A stretch of DNA of 17,395 nt from Bugula neritina (taxonomy: Eukaryota; Animalia; Bryozoa). The stretch lies in the NCBI GenBank assembly GCA_964035545.1, contig CAXIUT010000008.1, positions 1 through 17,395 on the forward strand, read 5' to 3'. Each line of letters opens with the position of its first letter. Position 1 is the stretch's first letter. The notes beneath the pieces were generated by a model. It was not told the origin of the DNA, searched no databases, and saw nothing but the letters and a program-made list of their open reading frames with translations. Positions 8,301 through 15,660 of the stretch are shown piece by piece. The position numbers and the translations under genes are program-made.

Positions 8301-9942
8301 GTTCCGCATCCAACCAACCAGCCAATAGCGGCCATTCACGCAAAATCGCCTCATGAGCAATTTCGATAGTTTTGTTATCACCGCGCTGGTCAGCAATCAA
8401 TAAACGCTGGCTCACCAGAACATCGACCAAAGGCAGGCAATCATTATCAATCTCCGATAATTCAGCCACTCGGCGAGCAAACTCTCCCGCTTCATTAACC
8501 CGCGCCAGATGCGGAAGGAAAGTCCGACGTAACAATTTATCTAACTCGTTAGCACGCAAACCATTAGCCTGTGCTTCTGAACGTGCCTTACCAGCCGCAG
8601 CTTCAATCGCCCCTTTCACCCCACCTAGACGGTTATAATCATCCAGAGTCAGGTTCTTATCATCCAGACGCTCGTCATAAAGTCGTTCCAGCGTAAAAGC
8701 CAGGAGCGGTAGCGTATCAGCACCTTCAGAATCACGTAGCAAAGCAGCAGTCAAAGCCGGATCAACAGCAAACCCAATGCGTTCAGCCGGGCCTTCGATA
8801 ACCTGATGCAAACCAGCAGGTGGCATTGGGCTTAAGTTAAAAGGCCGGATTTGCTGTTTAGGGATACGTGAGTCAGTTTGTAACTGTGGATAAACGTCTG
8901 AACGAACCGCAATAACCAGGGTAAAATTAGCATCCTGCTCCCAAATAGGATTCAACAAACGGAAGAAGGTGCTGGCCTCTGTTGCCCCCTCCGAATTAAA
9001 CAACTCTTCACCCTGGTCAATAAACAGCACAAGGCTGGGTGGCGCAGCATTTGTGTCAAAAAAAGACTGCATTGCAGCTTTCTTAAGTGCATCCATCAAA
9101 CGGGCAAAGGCATCAGCATTTTGTTCCACAGCAAGACGAATAGCTGCTCTTGTCTTTGGGAGGCTACCGGGTAAATGCTGTGAACGGCGCGTGTCAGCAC
9201 AAGCCGTTTCCAGCGCCTGCCATAAACCTTGCTTACCTGACAAAATAGCATTGGCCGGGCGCACTGTAGGTAGTGCAATAAAATTACGGTCATCACGATT
9301 TAAACGCGGCCAAAGTCCGGCACGCATTAATGAAGACTTCCCCGCACCACTGGCTCCCAGAATCACGAATAGCCTGCGGCGGCCTGTCGAATGAATTTCA
9401 CGCAAAGTATCCAGAGCTGCCAATACATCAGCATCCCGCCCGAATAGTAAGGCGGCATCATTTTCTGTTAAGGCTTTCAAACCGGGATAAGGGCGGCAAT
9501 CCTGCGATAATGGAAAGTTTTCCGGACCTGCGCCCGCCGCTTCCAAAGCACGTTTAAGGCGTATCTCAAATTCAGGCAATGGTACTGAGATTTTTTCAAT
9601 AACCTGATAATTATTCGTAATTTCCTGAGGCAATTCCGAAACTGCCAGACCTTCGTCAATGCGCACCGGAATACAGGGCTTGCCGTATTTTTCAGCCAGC
9701 AAAAATTCATTCCAACAAGGTTTTGAATTCAGCCATGCCCGCGACAATAACAAAATAACCGCTTCACAACGCCCGGCTGCATCACGTAACGCTGTTCGCC
9801 AGCCTTTGCCTCCTGTCAAACCATGCTCCGGGTCAATGTCCATAAAGACATCATCTTCCCAGCCGTTTTGTTCCAGCCAATTCTGAACGCTTAAGGCTTC
9901 GGGGCGTTCGGTACTTGAATAACTGATGAAAATACGTGACAT
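5314..9942 (-). CDS. TIR - nSTAND1 NTPase - coiled coil - TM - WD40 beta-propeller protein (NLR-like)
   Basis: TIR: RIFISYSS...SKPCWNEF. NTPase: PYPGLKAL...LFGRD, GASGAGKSSL, LVLFIDQGEELF, LPLLAFTLERLY, EIAHEAILREWP. TM helix GLAAVLAFFAIGAGGAGYLAFV (7906-7971). Degenerate propeller blades follow, then six canonical WD40 repeats. Confidence 0.93.
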   Translation of the reverse strand: MSRIFISYSSTERPEALSVQNWLEQNGWEDDVFMDIDPEHGLTGGKGWRTALRDAAGRCEAVILLLSRAWLNSKPCWNEFLLAEKYGKPCIPVRIDEGLAVSELPQEITNNYQVIEKISVPLPEFEIRLKRALEAAGAGPENFPLSQDCRPYPGLKALTENDAALLFGRDADVLAALDTLREIHSTGRRRLFVILGASGAGKSSLMRAGLWPRLNRDDRNFIALPTVRPANAILSGKQGLWQALETACADTRRSQHLPGSLPKTRAAIRLAVEQNADAFARLMDALKKAAMQSFFDTNAAPPSLVLFIDQGEELFNSEGATEASTFFRLLNPIWEQDANFTLVIAVRSDVYPQLQTDSRIPKQQIRPFNLSPMPPAGLHQVIEGPAERIGFAVDPALTAALLRDSEGADTLPLLAFTLERLYDERLDDKNLTLDDYNRLGGVKGAIEAAAGKARSEAQANGLRANELDKLLRRTFLPHLARVNEAGEFARRVAELSEIDNDCLPLVDVLVSQRLLIADQRGDNKTIEIAHEAILREWPLLAGWLDAERGFLEWREQIGRARKLFERKEGDLLTGRSLAIAQGFMETRLENIAEVDRAFIQVSIDEEARRIAEEKAEQEARQQAELKAAKAREEAALAAAEAEKKVADAAKKSSRKMRGLAAVLAFFAIGAGGAGYLAFVNGQMAENEAERATQANVKNTAQRLALAAKDVRRRSGDDKAMALAWLALFSSRESSNYTLSHEATSSIYKRSIQLIKNLKEHDQTIFSPNGDIALTIFLDGSAVAWDTNSFKNIKNIKKIEKTEKIISIDSVLSKFGLLNSSGMRSGLENNEVKYHEPTKYIAKFITDDYLLTHHENQTARLWSTKDFSIIDDFKLKENEFIFSNSKKDLLIVPKKNHFGLYDIKTKKYKKFKIPKTKDKKYSGVIQSIEKGKVILFYSKGYPDVGVDIWDLDKNRKIKTIDMPDSYSKYGGAVFNNIELNNNGELLMSYLFSSPRIFSGSEYKKEETLENLKSYYSPFFFFKENQLIGIHDSLWLAKLDLSSGVIDKIAEDIATFLVSKEKNFILGINSRKDSVAFLIVQNNSIERKTVNINRDLNIFKVSGNGDFAFISNKHGNIEYWKTKPTRKLASLYGTTNDYKSRIGDLTISPKSNAAITHEIKYFSEKSGAAKIWDIKPSHTSKTLIKTNKIRNDSEFSYLKKIKMETTFNLKLPSIKLILLNNKVLVTFWEGVVKIWNTENNTLINSLEGHQSTITTVTFSFNDQQTLTASNDSTAKLWNTTTGKLIHTFKGHTASITQASFTPDGSKILTASHDTTLKIWNAETGKPLHTLSSHTGPIFTASFSPDGSKILSASEDHTAKIWDTNTGELLATLDTHKGFVNDAQWSQQGNYIVTASQDKRSMLWDAKTFKLHATLKGHLGAVKKGKFTPDEKQVVTISDDQTMRLWDVETGALLATHEGHEKTIHDMDISPDGRQVVTASADGTARVWKIFPGSLRERIAEVGEIVKELQPLTRDECEQYGVLDLPGAEIACQSEVSETAQVSGG
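5488..6210 (-). repeat. Six tandem canonical WD40 repeats (42 aa, 126-nt period)
   Basis: Units begin GHQS, GHTA, SHTG, THKG, GHLG and GHEK; each ends in a (T/S)(A/I)SxD...W motif. Confidence 0.9.
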
Positions 9943-9966
9943 GACATTACCCTGTACAATTGGAGG

Positions 9967-10506
9967 CTAGCGAAACTTGACCGCTGGCTGACGCTCAGAA
10001 GGAGAACACAAAGGTTCGGCATTCTTACAGTAATCAGGTTCTTTTTCTGGTTTGCCCAGCGCATACCCGTATTTTTTACATCCTGACCTTCCTTCTGTAC
10101 AACTTTGCAAATAATGTAAAGGCCAAACCCTTGTTTCAAGATACTTACGTCCTACCAAATCACCTAGTTGAGCGCGAAAGATAAACTGTCTTTCCATACC
10201 ATCTGCCAACGTGAAATTTTGCACTGCAAAGTCATAATCGCTATCAGCATTACCTTCGTCACCAGCCAAGGCAGACAAGCCAACTAACAAAGGTAGCGTT
10301 TTTTGTAATTCAGAATCAGTAGAATTTTCATCTTGGCTTTCTGCTGAAGCACATTTAAGGGACAAGGTAAACTCAGCCAGTGTACCACTGGCTTGATAAT
10401 CCTTTAAGGTGATAGCGCAGGGGTGAGATGGGGCTTCATCAGCAGCATATAAAGCCTGCACCACTGATACGAGTATAAAAAACAATAATTGGGGAAATAG
10501 TTTCAT
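9967..10506 (-). CDS. Hypothetical secreted protein with signal peptide and 6 Cys (about 179 aa)
   Basis: Likely start is ATG at 10506: MKLFPQLLFFILVSVVQALYA-AD looks like a Sec signal. The mature part has six cysteines. The stop lies 24 nt before the TIR-STAND-WD40 start codon. Confidence 0.7.
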   Translation of the reverse strand: MKLFPQLLFFILVSVVQALYAADEAPSHPCAITLKDYQASGTLAEFTLSLKCASAESQDENSTDSELQKTLPLLVGLSALAGDEGNADSDYDFAVQNFTLADGMERQFIFRAQLGDLVGRKYLETRVWPLHYLQSCTEGRSGCKKYGYALGKPEKEPDYCKNAEPLCSPSERQPAVKFR

Positions 10507-10654
10507 AGCTGTAAAGGCTTGGGGGAGTTTTCGGTGACAATAATAGTAGCACTTGTGGTGGATAGACTCTATATAAGCTAAAAACATAAAAATAGTATGC
10601 TACTCTTACGGCCTTGCCCCACAGACCCTTTACCTTCCTTGCTGAGAAGTTTTC

Positions 10655-11854
10655 ATGAGTATTTTTACCAATCTTTTTGTTGGTTTAATAGTTATTGTTT
10701 GGTTGCGCTTGTTTGTTGTTTTCATTCTTGTAGCACTAGATATCAAAAGGCATCACACTAGAAACATACAGCTACCCAGTAAAAAATGGCTTAATGATGT
10801 GACGGTATTAATCCCGGCTTATCAAGAAGAAAAGATGCTAAGTACAACACTCGATAGTGCAAAAAAGCTGGCTTCAGGTGGGGCATCATTGGTGTTAGTT
10901 GACGATGGGTCTACAGATCATACCCCCATTATTTTTAGTAAGTTTATTGAAGAGAATGGGGATGGGCTTTTAATCCGACATGAAGAAAACCGGGGAAAAG
11001 CGAGTGCATTAAACTCAGGCCTTAATGCAATAAAAACGCCATTCGTATTAACATTAGATGCTGACACAAGCATTGAGGCTGATGCAGTAATCGCTGCCAC
11101 AGCTCTGCTAGCACACGAATCGAAAGAAGCCAATGCCGCCGTGGTCGCTTTTGATATAAGCGTCAAACCATCAAAACACCTATTTCGTGAACTACAAGGC
11201 TTAGAATATGATGGCTCACTGAATTTTGAAAGGCGCGGCCAATCAGTTGCATCAGCTGTATCTGTAGCCCCAGGAGCTGCTTCTCTCTGGCACACTCAGG
11301 CACTTAAAGACATTAATGGATTTTCCAGCGTAACAGTAACAGAGGATGTTGATGCAACACTAAAACTTGCAACTATGGGTAAGCGAGCAATTCATTGTCC
11401 ACAAGCTCAGGCCTTTACGGGCACGCCCATGACGTTTGCTCAATTAATGGTTCAACGTCGCCGCTGGTGCCTTGGGCATTATCAGGGAATAGCTCGTCAC
11501 ATTTCCTCCCTGGGCAAAGATAGCATTTTTACTTTGCTGACCTACCCGAATTTCTTTCTGCTCAGTGCCTTTATGCCGCTCATGTTATTTTTGAGCCTGA
11601 TAACACTTTTTTCAGAGTCAGGGGTATGGAGCGGCATGTTAGGGCCATTAACGCTTTTTTGGATTATTACAGTTTATTTCCAGCGTTGGGCCGCTCTAAA
11701 ATTGGCTGACCGAAAAACCACCTTGCTACCGTTTTTACTTGAACCATTCAGCACTCTTTTTTTTCACATTTGCGCAATGACTTTGGCAATCATAACTCTT
11801 TTTAAAAAACTGGCTGGCTCCAACAATGATGTCTGGAAAGGCCGAATTCGGTAA
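10655..11854 (+). CDS. Membrane-bound processive family 2 glycosyltransferase (PgaC/IcaA/NodC-like)
   Basis: VLIPAYQEE, VDDGSTD, NRGKASALN, LDADT (DxD), TEDVD and QRRRW; one N-terminal and several C-terminal hydrophobic helices. Confidence 0.9.
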   Translation: MSIFTNLFVGLIVIVWLRLFVVFILVALDIKRHHTRNIQLPSKKWLNDVTVLIPAYQEEKMLSTTLDSAKKLASGGASLVLVDDGSTDHTPIIFSKFIEENGDGLLIRHEENRGKASALNSGLNAIKTPFVLTLDADTSIEADAVIAATALLAHESKEANAAVVAFDISVKPSKHLFRELQGLEYDGSLNFERRGQSVASAVSVAPGAASLWHTQALKDINGFSSVTVTEDVDATLKLATMGKRAIHCPQAQAFTGTPMTFAQLMVQRRRWCLGHYQGIARHISSLGKDSIFTLLTYPNFFLLSAFMPLMLFLSLITLFSESGVWSGMLGPLTLFWIITVYFQRWAALKLADRKTTLLPFLLEPFSTLFFHICAMTLAIITLFKKLAGSNNDVWKGRIR

Positions 11855-12098
11855 AATTATTATTCGCTGAATCCTTGGTAGCGTAACCTCTGACAACTGC
11901 ATACAAAAAATCAGACAACCTCATTGAGGCCCAATGCCATTTAAGTTAAGAGAAATTGACCGTAATTCAATCAGTATTTCTTCCTCTCAGACATCAGTAA
12001 CCAACAACTTCAGAAGGTGTTCTGTGAGCAAAAAACCTTAGCTTAACGGCATTGCATGGAGACCATCTTGCGCCGAATCTTATATCAGTGTGTCACAA

Positions 12099-12140
12099 TC
12101 ATTACAAACTTGACGCAGATCAAGGTTGCCCCAAATAGCC
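12099..12140 (+). repeat. 42-bp imperfect direct repeat, copy B (right boundary of the insert)
   Basis: tcattacaaacttgacgcagatcaaggttgccccaaatagcc; compare 5268-5309. Confidence 0.8.
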
Positions 12141-12150
12141 TCCCTAAACT
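12110..12150 (+). promoter_or_regulatory. Class II FNR-dependent promoter of the cco operon
   Basis: TTGAC-GCAG-ATCAA at 12110-12123 and -10 TAAACT at 12145-12150; AGGA ribosome site before ATG 12186. Confidence 0.88.
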
Positions 12151-12185
12151 GGACTCTGTCTTTATAGATTATCCAGGAACCAATA

Positions 12186-13628
12186 ATGAGCGGAGTAACT
12201 TACAACGACACCGTTGTCCGGCAATTCTCGATTATGACCATAATATGGGGCATTGTCGGTATGCTGGTGGGGGTGATTATCGCTGCCCAACTCACCTGGC
12301 CGGTACTGAATTTTGATGTGCCATGGCTTACCTTTAGTCGCTTACGCCCGCTGCATACTAATGCGGTCATCTTTGCCTTTGGCGGTAGCGCCCTGTTCGC
12401 CACCTCCTATTACATCGTACAACGCACCTGCCAGGTACCGTTATTCGCCCCCAAACTGGCGGCGTTTACCTTCTGGGGTTGGATGCTGGTGATTGTACTG
12501 GCAGCGATTACCCTACCATTAGGGCTAACACAGTCGAAAGAGTACGCCGAGCTGATCTGGCCGATTGATATTCTGATCACACTGGTCTGGGTCGCGTATG
12601 GTGTGGTGTTTTTTGGCACGCTGGCGAAGCGCAAGGTTCCGCATATTTACGTGGCAAACTGGTTTTATGCTTCGTTTATTATCACCGTCGCGGTGCTGCA
12701 TATCTTCAATAATCTGGCGATTCCGGTGAGCTGGACAGAATCCTACCCGGTTTATTCCGGCGCGGTCGATGCGATGGCACAGTGGTGGTATGGGCACAAC
12801 GCCGTCGGCTTTTTCCTTACCGCCGCTTTCCTCGGCATGATGTATTACTTCATTCCCAAACAGGCGAATCGTCCGGTGTATTCCTATCGCCTGTCGATTG
12901 TGCATTTCTGGGCGCTGATCTCCGTCTATATGTGGGCCGGGCCACACCACCTGCACTACACCGCTTTACCTGACTGGGCGCAATCACTCGGTATGGTGTT
13001 CTCACTGATTCTATTGGCTCCTTCCTGGGGCGGCATGATTAACGGCATTATGACCCTGTCCGGTGCCTGGCATAAGTTACGCTCTGACCCAATCCTGAAG
13101 TTCCTGATTGTCTCGCTGTCGTTCTACGGCATGTCTACTTTTGAAGGCCCGATGATGGCGATAAAAACCGTTAACGCCCTGTCACATTATACCGACTGGA
13201 CGATTGGTCATGTGCATTCCGGCGCGCTGGGTTGGGTGGCCTTTATCACCATTGGCTCGCTATACGCGCTGATACCGAAGCTGTATGGCAAAGATGAAAT
13301 GTATAGCGTGCCGCTGATCAATACCCACTTCTGGATCTCAACCATTGGGGTGGTGCTTTATATCTCGGCTATGTGGATTGCCGGAGTGATGCAGGGCCTG
13401 ATGTGGGGTGCGGTGAATGAAGACGGCACGCTGACTTACACCTTTATCGAAAGTATTAAAGCCACCTATCCCTATTATATCGTACGTTTTCTTGGCGGCC
13501 TGATGTTCCTCGGCGGCATGTGTCTCATGCTGTACAACGTGTGGAAAACGGTAGAAGCGGATCAGTTGCTTAAAACATTCACCACTACCGGATTTAAATC
13601 CATTAGCGCAAAAGGAGCCGCAGCATGA
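12186..13628 (+). CDS. ccoN: cbb3-type cytochrome c oxidase subunit I
   Basis: [33 protein letters not shown] and [13 protein letters not shown] carry the heme/CuB histidines. Confidence 0.99.
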   Translation: MSGVTYNDTVVRQFSIMTIIWGIVGMLVGVIIAAQLTWPVLNFDVPWLTFSRLRPLHTNAVIFAFGGSALFATSYYIVQRTCQVPLFAPKLAAFTFWGWMLVIVLAAITLPLGLTQSKEYAELIWPIDILITLVWVAYGVVFFGTLAKRKVPHIYVANWFYASFIITVAVLHIFNNLAIPVSWTESYPVYSGAVDAMAQWWYGHNAVGFFLTAAFLGMMYYFIPKQANRPVYSYRLSIVHFWALISVYMWAGPHHLHYTALPDWAQSLGMVFSLILLAPSWGGMINGIMTLSGAWHKLRSDPILKFLIVSLSFYGMSTFEGPMMAIKTVNALSHYTDWTIGHVHSGALGWVAFITIGSLYALIPKLYGKDEMYSVPLINTHFWISTIGVVLYISAMWIAGVMQGLMWGAVNEDGTLTYTFIESIKATYPYYIVRFLGGLMFLGGMCLMLYNVWKTVEADQLLKTFTTTGFKSISAKGAAA

Positions 13629-14242
13629 TGTCGCATGATTTTATTGAACGTAATGCGGGCGTAATGGGCATCTTTATTGCGCTGGCGATTAGTGTCGGCG
13701 GGATAGTCGAGATTGTGCCACTGATGTATCAGGCACAAACCACTGAAGCCTCACCCGGTGTTAAACCCTATCCGGCAGTTGAGTTAGCCGGGCGTGATAT
13801 TTATGTGAGTGAGGGTTGTTATAACTGCCATTCACAAATGGTGCGACCTTTTGTATCGGAGAGCCTGCGCTACGGCCCGGCGTCACTGGCGGGTGAAAGT
13901 GTCTATGACCGTCCATTCCAGTGGGGTTCAAAACGCACTGGCCCTGATCTGGCACGGGTTGGCGGGCGTTATACCGATGAATGGCATCGCATGCACCTGA
14001 TTAATCCACGTGACTTAGTGCCGGAATCGAATATGCCGGGTTTCCCCTGGCTGGAAGAAAACACCATCGATCCTGAGTTGATTCAGACCAAAATGAAAGT
14101 ATTACAGGGCATGGGCCATCCTTACACCGCTGAGGAAATCGCTGCTGTCCCCAGGGTGGTAGAAGGCGTAACCGAGATGGATGCGCTGATTGCTTACTTA
14201 CAGTTCTTAGGCTTAGCCAATAACGGGAGGGATAAACAATGA
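13625..14242 (+). CDS. ccoO: cbb3-type cytochrome c oxidase subunit II
   Basis: [27 protein letters not shown] and SNMP; ATGA overlap with ccoN. Confidence 0.98.
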   Translation: MMSHDFIERNAGVMGIFIALAISVGGIVEIVPLMYQAQTTEASPGVKPYPAVELAGRDIYVSEGCYNCHSQMVRPFVSESLRYGPASLAGESVYDRPFQWGSKRTGPDLARVGGRYTDEWHRMHLINPRDLVPESNMPGFPWLEENTIDPELIQTKMKVLQGMGHPYTAEEIAAVPRVVEGVTEMDALIAYLQFLGLANNGRDKQ

Positions 14243-14472
14243 CCGGTATCGTCAGTGGATTAATGACCTTATTTCTGATCATTCTGTTTCTTGGCATTGT
14301 GTTCTGGGCGTATAGCAAACGCAATAAGCCTGTGTTTGAACAGATGGCGCAACTGCCGTTAGCGGAGAACGAAACACCCTCACCCCAACCCCTCTCCCAC
14401 GGACGTTTCGATAGAAACGGTGCTTTCAAAAGGAGAGGGGCTAAAGATACAAAGGAGGCTCCCCATGAGTAG
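14239..14472 (+). CDS. ccoQ: cbb3-type oxidase subunit CcoQ with a repeat-derived C-terminal extension
   Basis: One TM helix then WAYSKRNKPVFEQMAQLPL; lies between ccoO and ccoP with an ATGA overlap. Confidence 0.9.
   Translation: MTGIVSGLMTLFLIILFLGIVFWAYSKRNKPVFEQMAQLPLAENETPSPQPLSHGRFDRNGAFKRRGAKDTKEAPHE
14375..14442 (+). repeat. REP-like palindromic element inside ccoQ
   Basis: caccctcaccccaacccctctcc...ggagagggg, the same family as the copies at 17060 and 17213, with an enlarged loop containing cgtttc-gata-gaaacg. Confidence 0.85.
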
Positions 14473-15340
14473 CGGCTGGAGTTTATTTATTATCTTGATG
14501 ACATTGGGCAGCATTGCCGCCCTCGGTTGGCTATTACTCGCTACCAGTCGTTCTAACGGTAAAGATGAAAGTGAAACCACCGGGCATATCTGGGATGACG
14601 ATTTACAGGAATTGAATAACCCATTGCCACAATGGTGGTTATACCTGTTTGTCGGCACGATTATCTTCTCGCTGGTGTATTTATTTTGGTATCCCGGCCT
14701 GGGTAACTTCAAAGGCATGCTGAACTGGACATCAACCAAACAGTTTGAGGAAGAACACGCTGAGATGGTCGACCGCCAGAAACAGGCGCTGGAAAAATTT
14801 GTCGATATGGATATTGTGGCACTGAGCAAAGAACCCGCCGCGATGAAAACCGCAGAAAACCTGTTTTCCAATAACTGCGCGGTGTGTCATGGCTCGGCGG
14901 CAAAAGGAGCCATCGGCTTTCCCAACCTGACTGATGATGACTGGTTGTATGGTAATACCCCGGAACAAATCCAGCACAGTATTAGCAAAGGCCGCAATGG
15001 TTCTATGCCGAAACTGGGTTTGTCGGAAGATAGTATCGAGCAGCTATCGCACTACATCTATGGCCTTAGCGGCAATAAAGTAGACGCTGGATTGGCGCAA
15101 AAAGGTAAGGCGCAATATGCCTTGTGCATGGGTTGTCATGGTGTGGATAGCACAGGAAATCAGGCACTGGGCGCACCTAACCTGACGGATAATATCTGGT
15201 TGCATGGCGATTCACTGGCAGCGATTCAGACGGTGCTGCGTGATGGTAAACAAGGGCAGATGCCTGCGCACGATTCCTTATTGACGGCGATTGAAATTCG
15301 CTTGTTAACGGCTTATGTGACTTCGTTGTCCGCACAATAA
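14465..15340 (+). CDS. ccoP: cbb3-type cytochrome c oxidase subunit III (diheme)
   Basis: Start MSSGWSLF after AAGGAGG; TTGHIWD, ELNNPLPQWW, CAVCH, CMGCH and GAPNLTD. Confidence 0.97.
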   Translation: MSSGWSLFIILMTLGSIAALGWLLLATSRSNGKDESETTGHIWDDDLQELNNPLPQWWLYLFVGTIIFSLVYLFWYPGLGNFKGMLNWTSTKQFEEEHAEMVDRQKQALEKFVDMDIVALSKEPAAMKTAENLFSNNCAVCHGSAAKGAIGFPNLTDDDWLYGNTPEQIQHSISKGRNGSMPKLGLSEDSIEQLSHYIYGLSGNKVDAGLAQKGKAQYALCMGCHGVDSTGNQALGAPNLTDNIWLHGDSLAAIQTVLRDGKQGQMPAHDSLLTAIEIRLLTAYVTSLSAQ

Positions 15341-15345
15341 GCGCC

Positions 15346-15660
15346 ATGAATCAATCACCACTACATGAAACTAATCCACGTCACGAACGCTACCGCTTAA
15401 TTGGCATTGTGGTGTGGGTGTCGTTTGTCACTGCCAGCGTGGCAACGGCGCTATTCTTTGCCACCTTCGACCCGCTGGATATTGTCGGTCAAACCACCTT
15501 CCCGCTGGATTGGAATCGCACCGAATGTTATAGCGCCGGTTTCTTTCTATTCTGGGCGCTGACGGCAAGCACCGGCTCGATAGTGGCCTGGTTGGTGAAA
15601 ACACCAGCAGCTTCAGTCAGCGCTATCCGGCAGATGAAGCATGGTGGTAAGTCATCATGA
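15346..15660 (+). CDS. Small two-helix membrane protein in the cco operon
   Basis: Two hydrophobic segments (VVWVSF...FFATFDP and YSAGFFLFW); 5 nt after ccoP, with an ATGA overlap with ccoG. Confidence 0.8.
   Translation: MNQSPLHETNPRHERYRLIGIVVWVSFVTASVATALFFATFDPLDIVGQTTFPLDWNRTECYSAGFFLFWALTASTGSIVAWLVKTPAASVSAIRQMKHGGKSS

Noticed and set aside
10507-10587. Longer N-terminus of the secreted protein as given in the ORF track
   Set aside because: The signal-peptide pattern begins at the Met at 10506; the upstream 27 codons look like promoter or leader sequence.
11956-11970. TTGAC-CGTAA-TTCAA as a second FNR box upstream of ccoN
   Set aside because: Half-site spacing is one base too long and the right half-site is mismatched.
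12069-12080. tgcgccga(a)tct shared with 3427-3437, a possible RegA/PrrA-type site
   Set aside because: The match is short and the consensus degenerate; it cannot be told from chance without comparative data.
14420-14464. Upstream GTG start for ccoP in the ORF track
   Set aside because: It lies inside the REP-like element, whereas ATG 14465 has an AAGGAGG site and gives the typical CcoP N-terminus.
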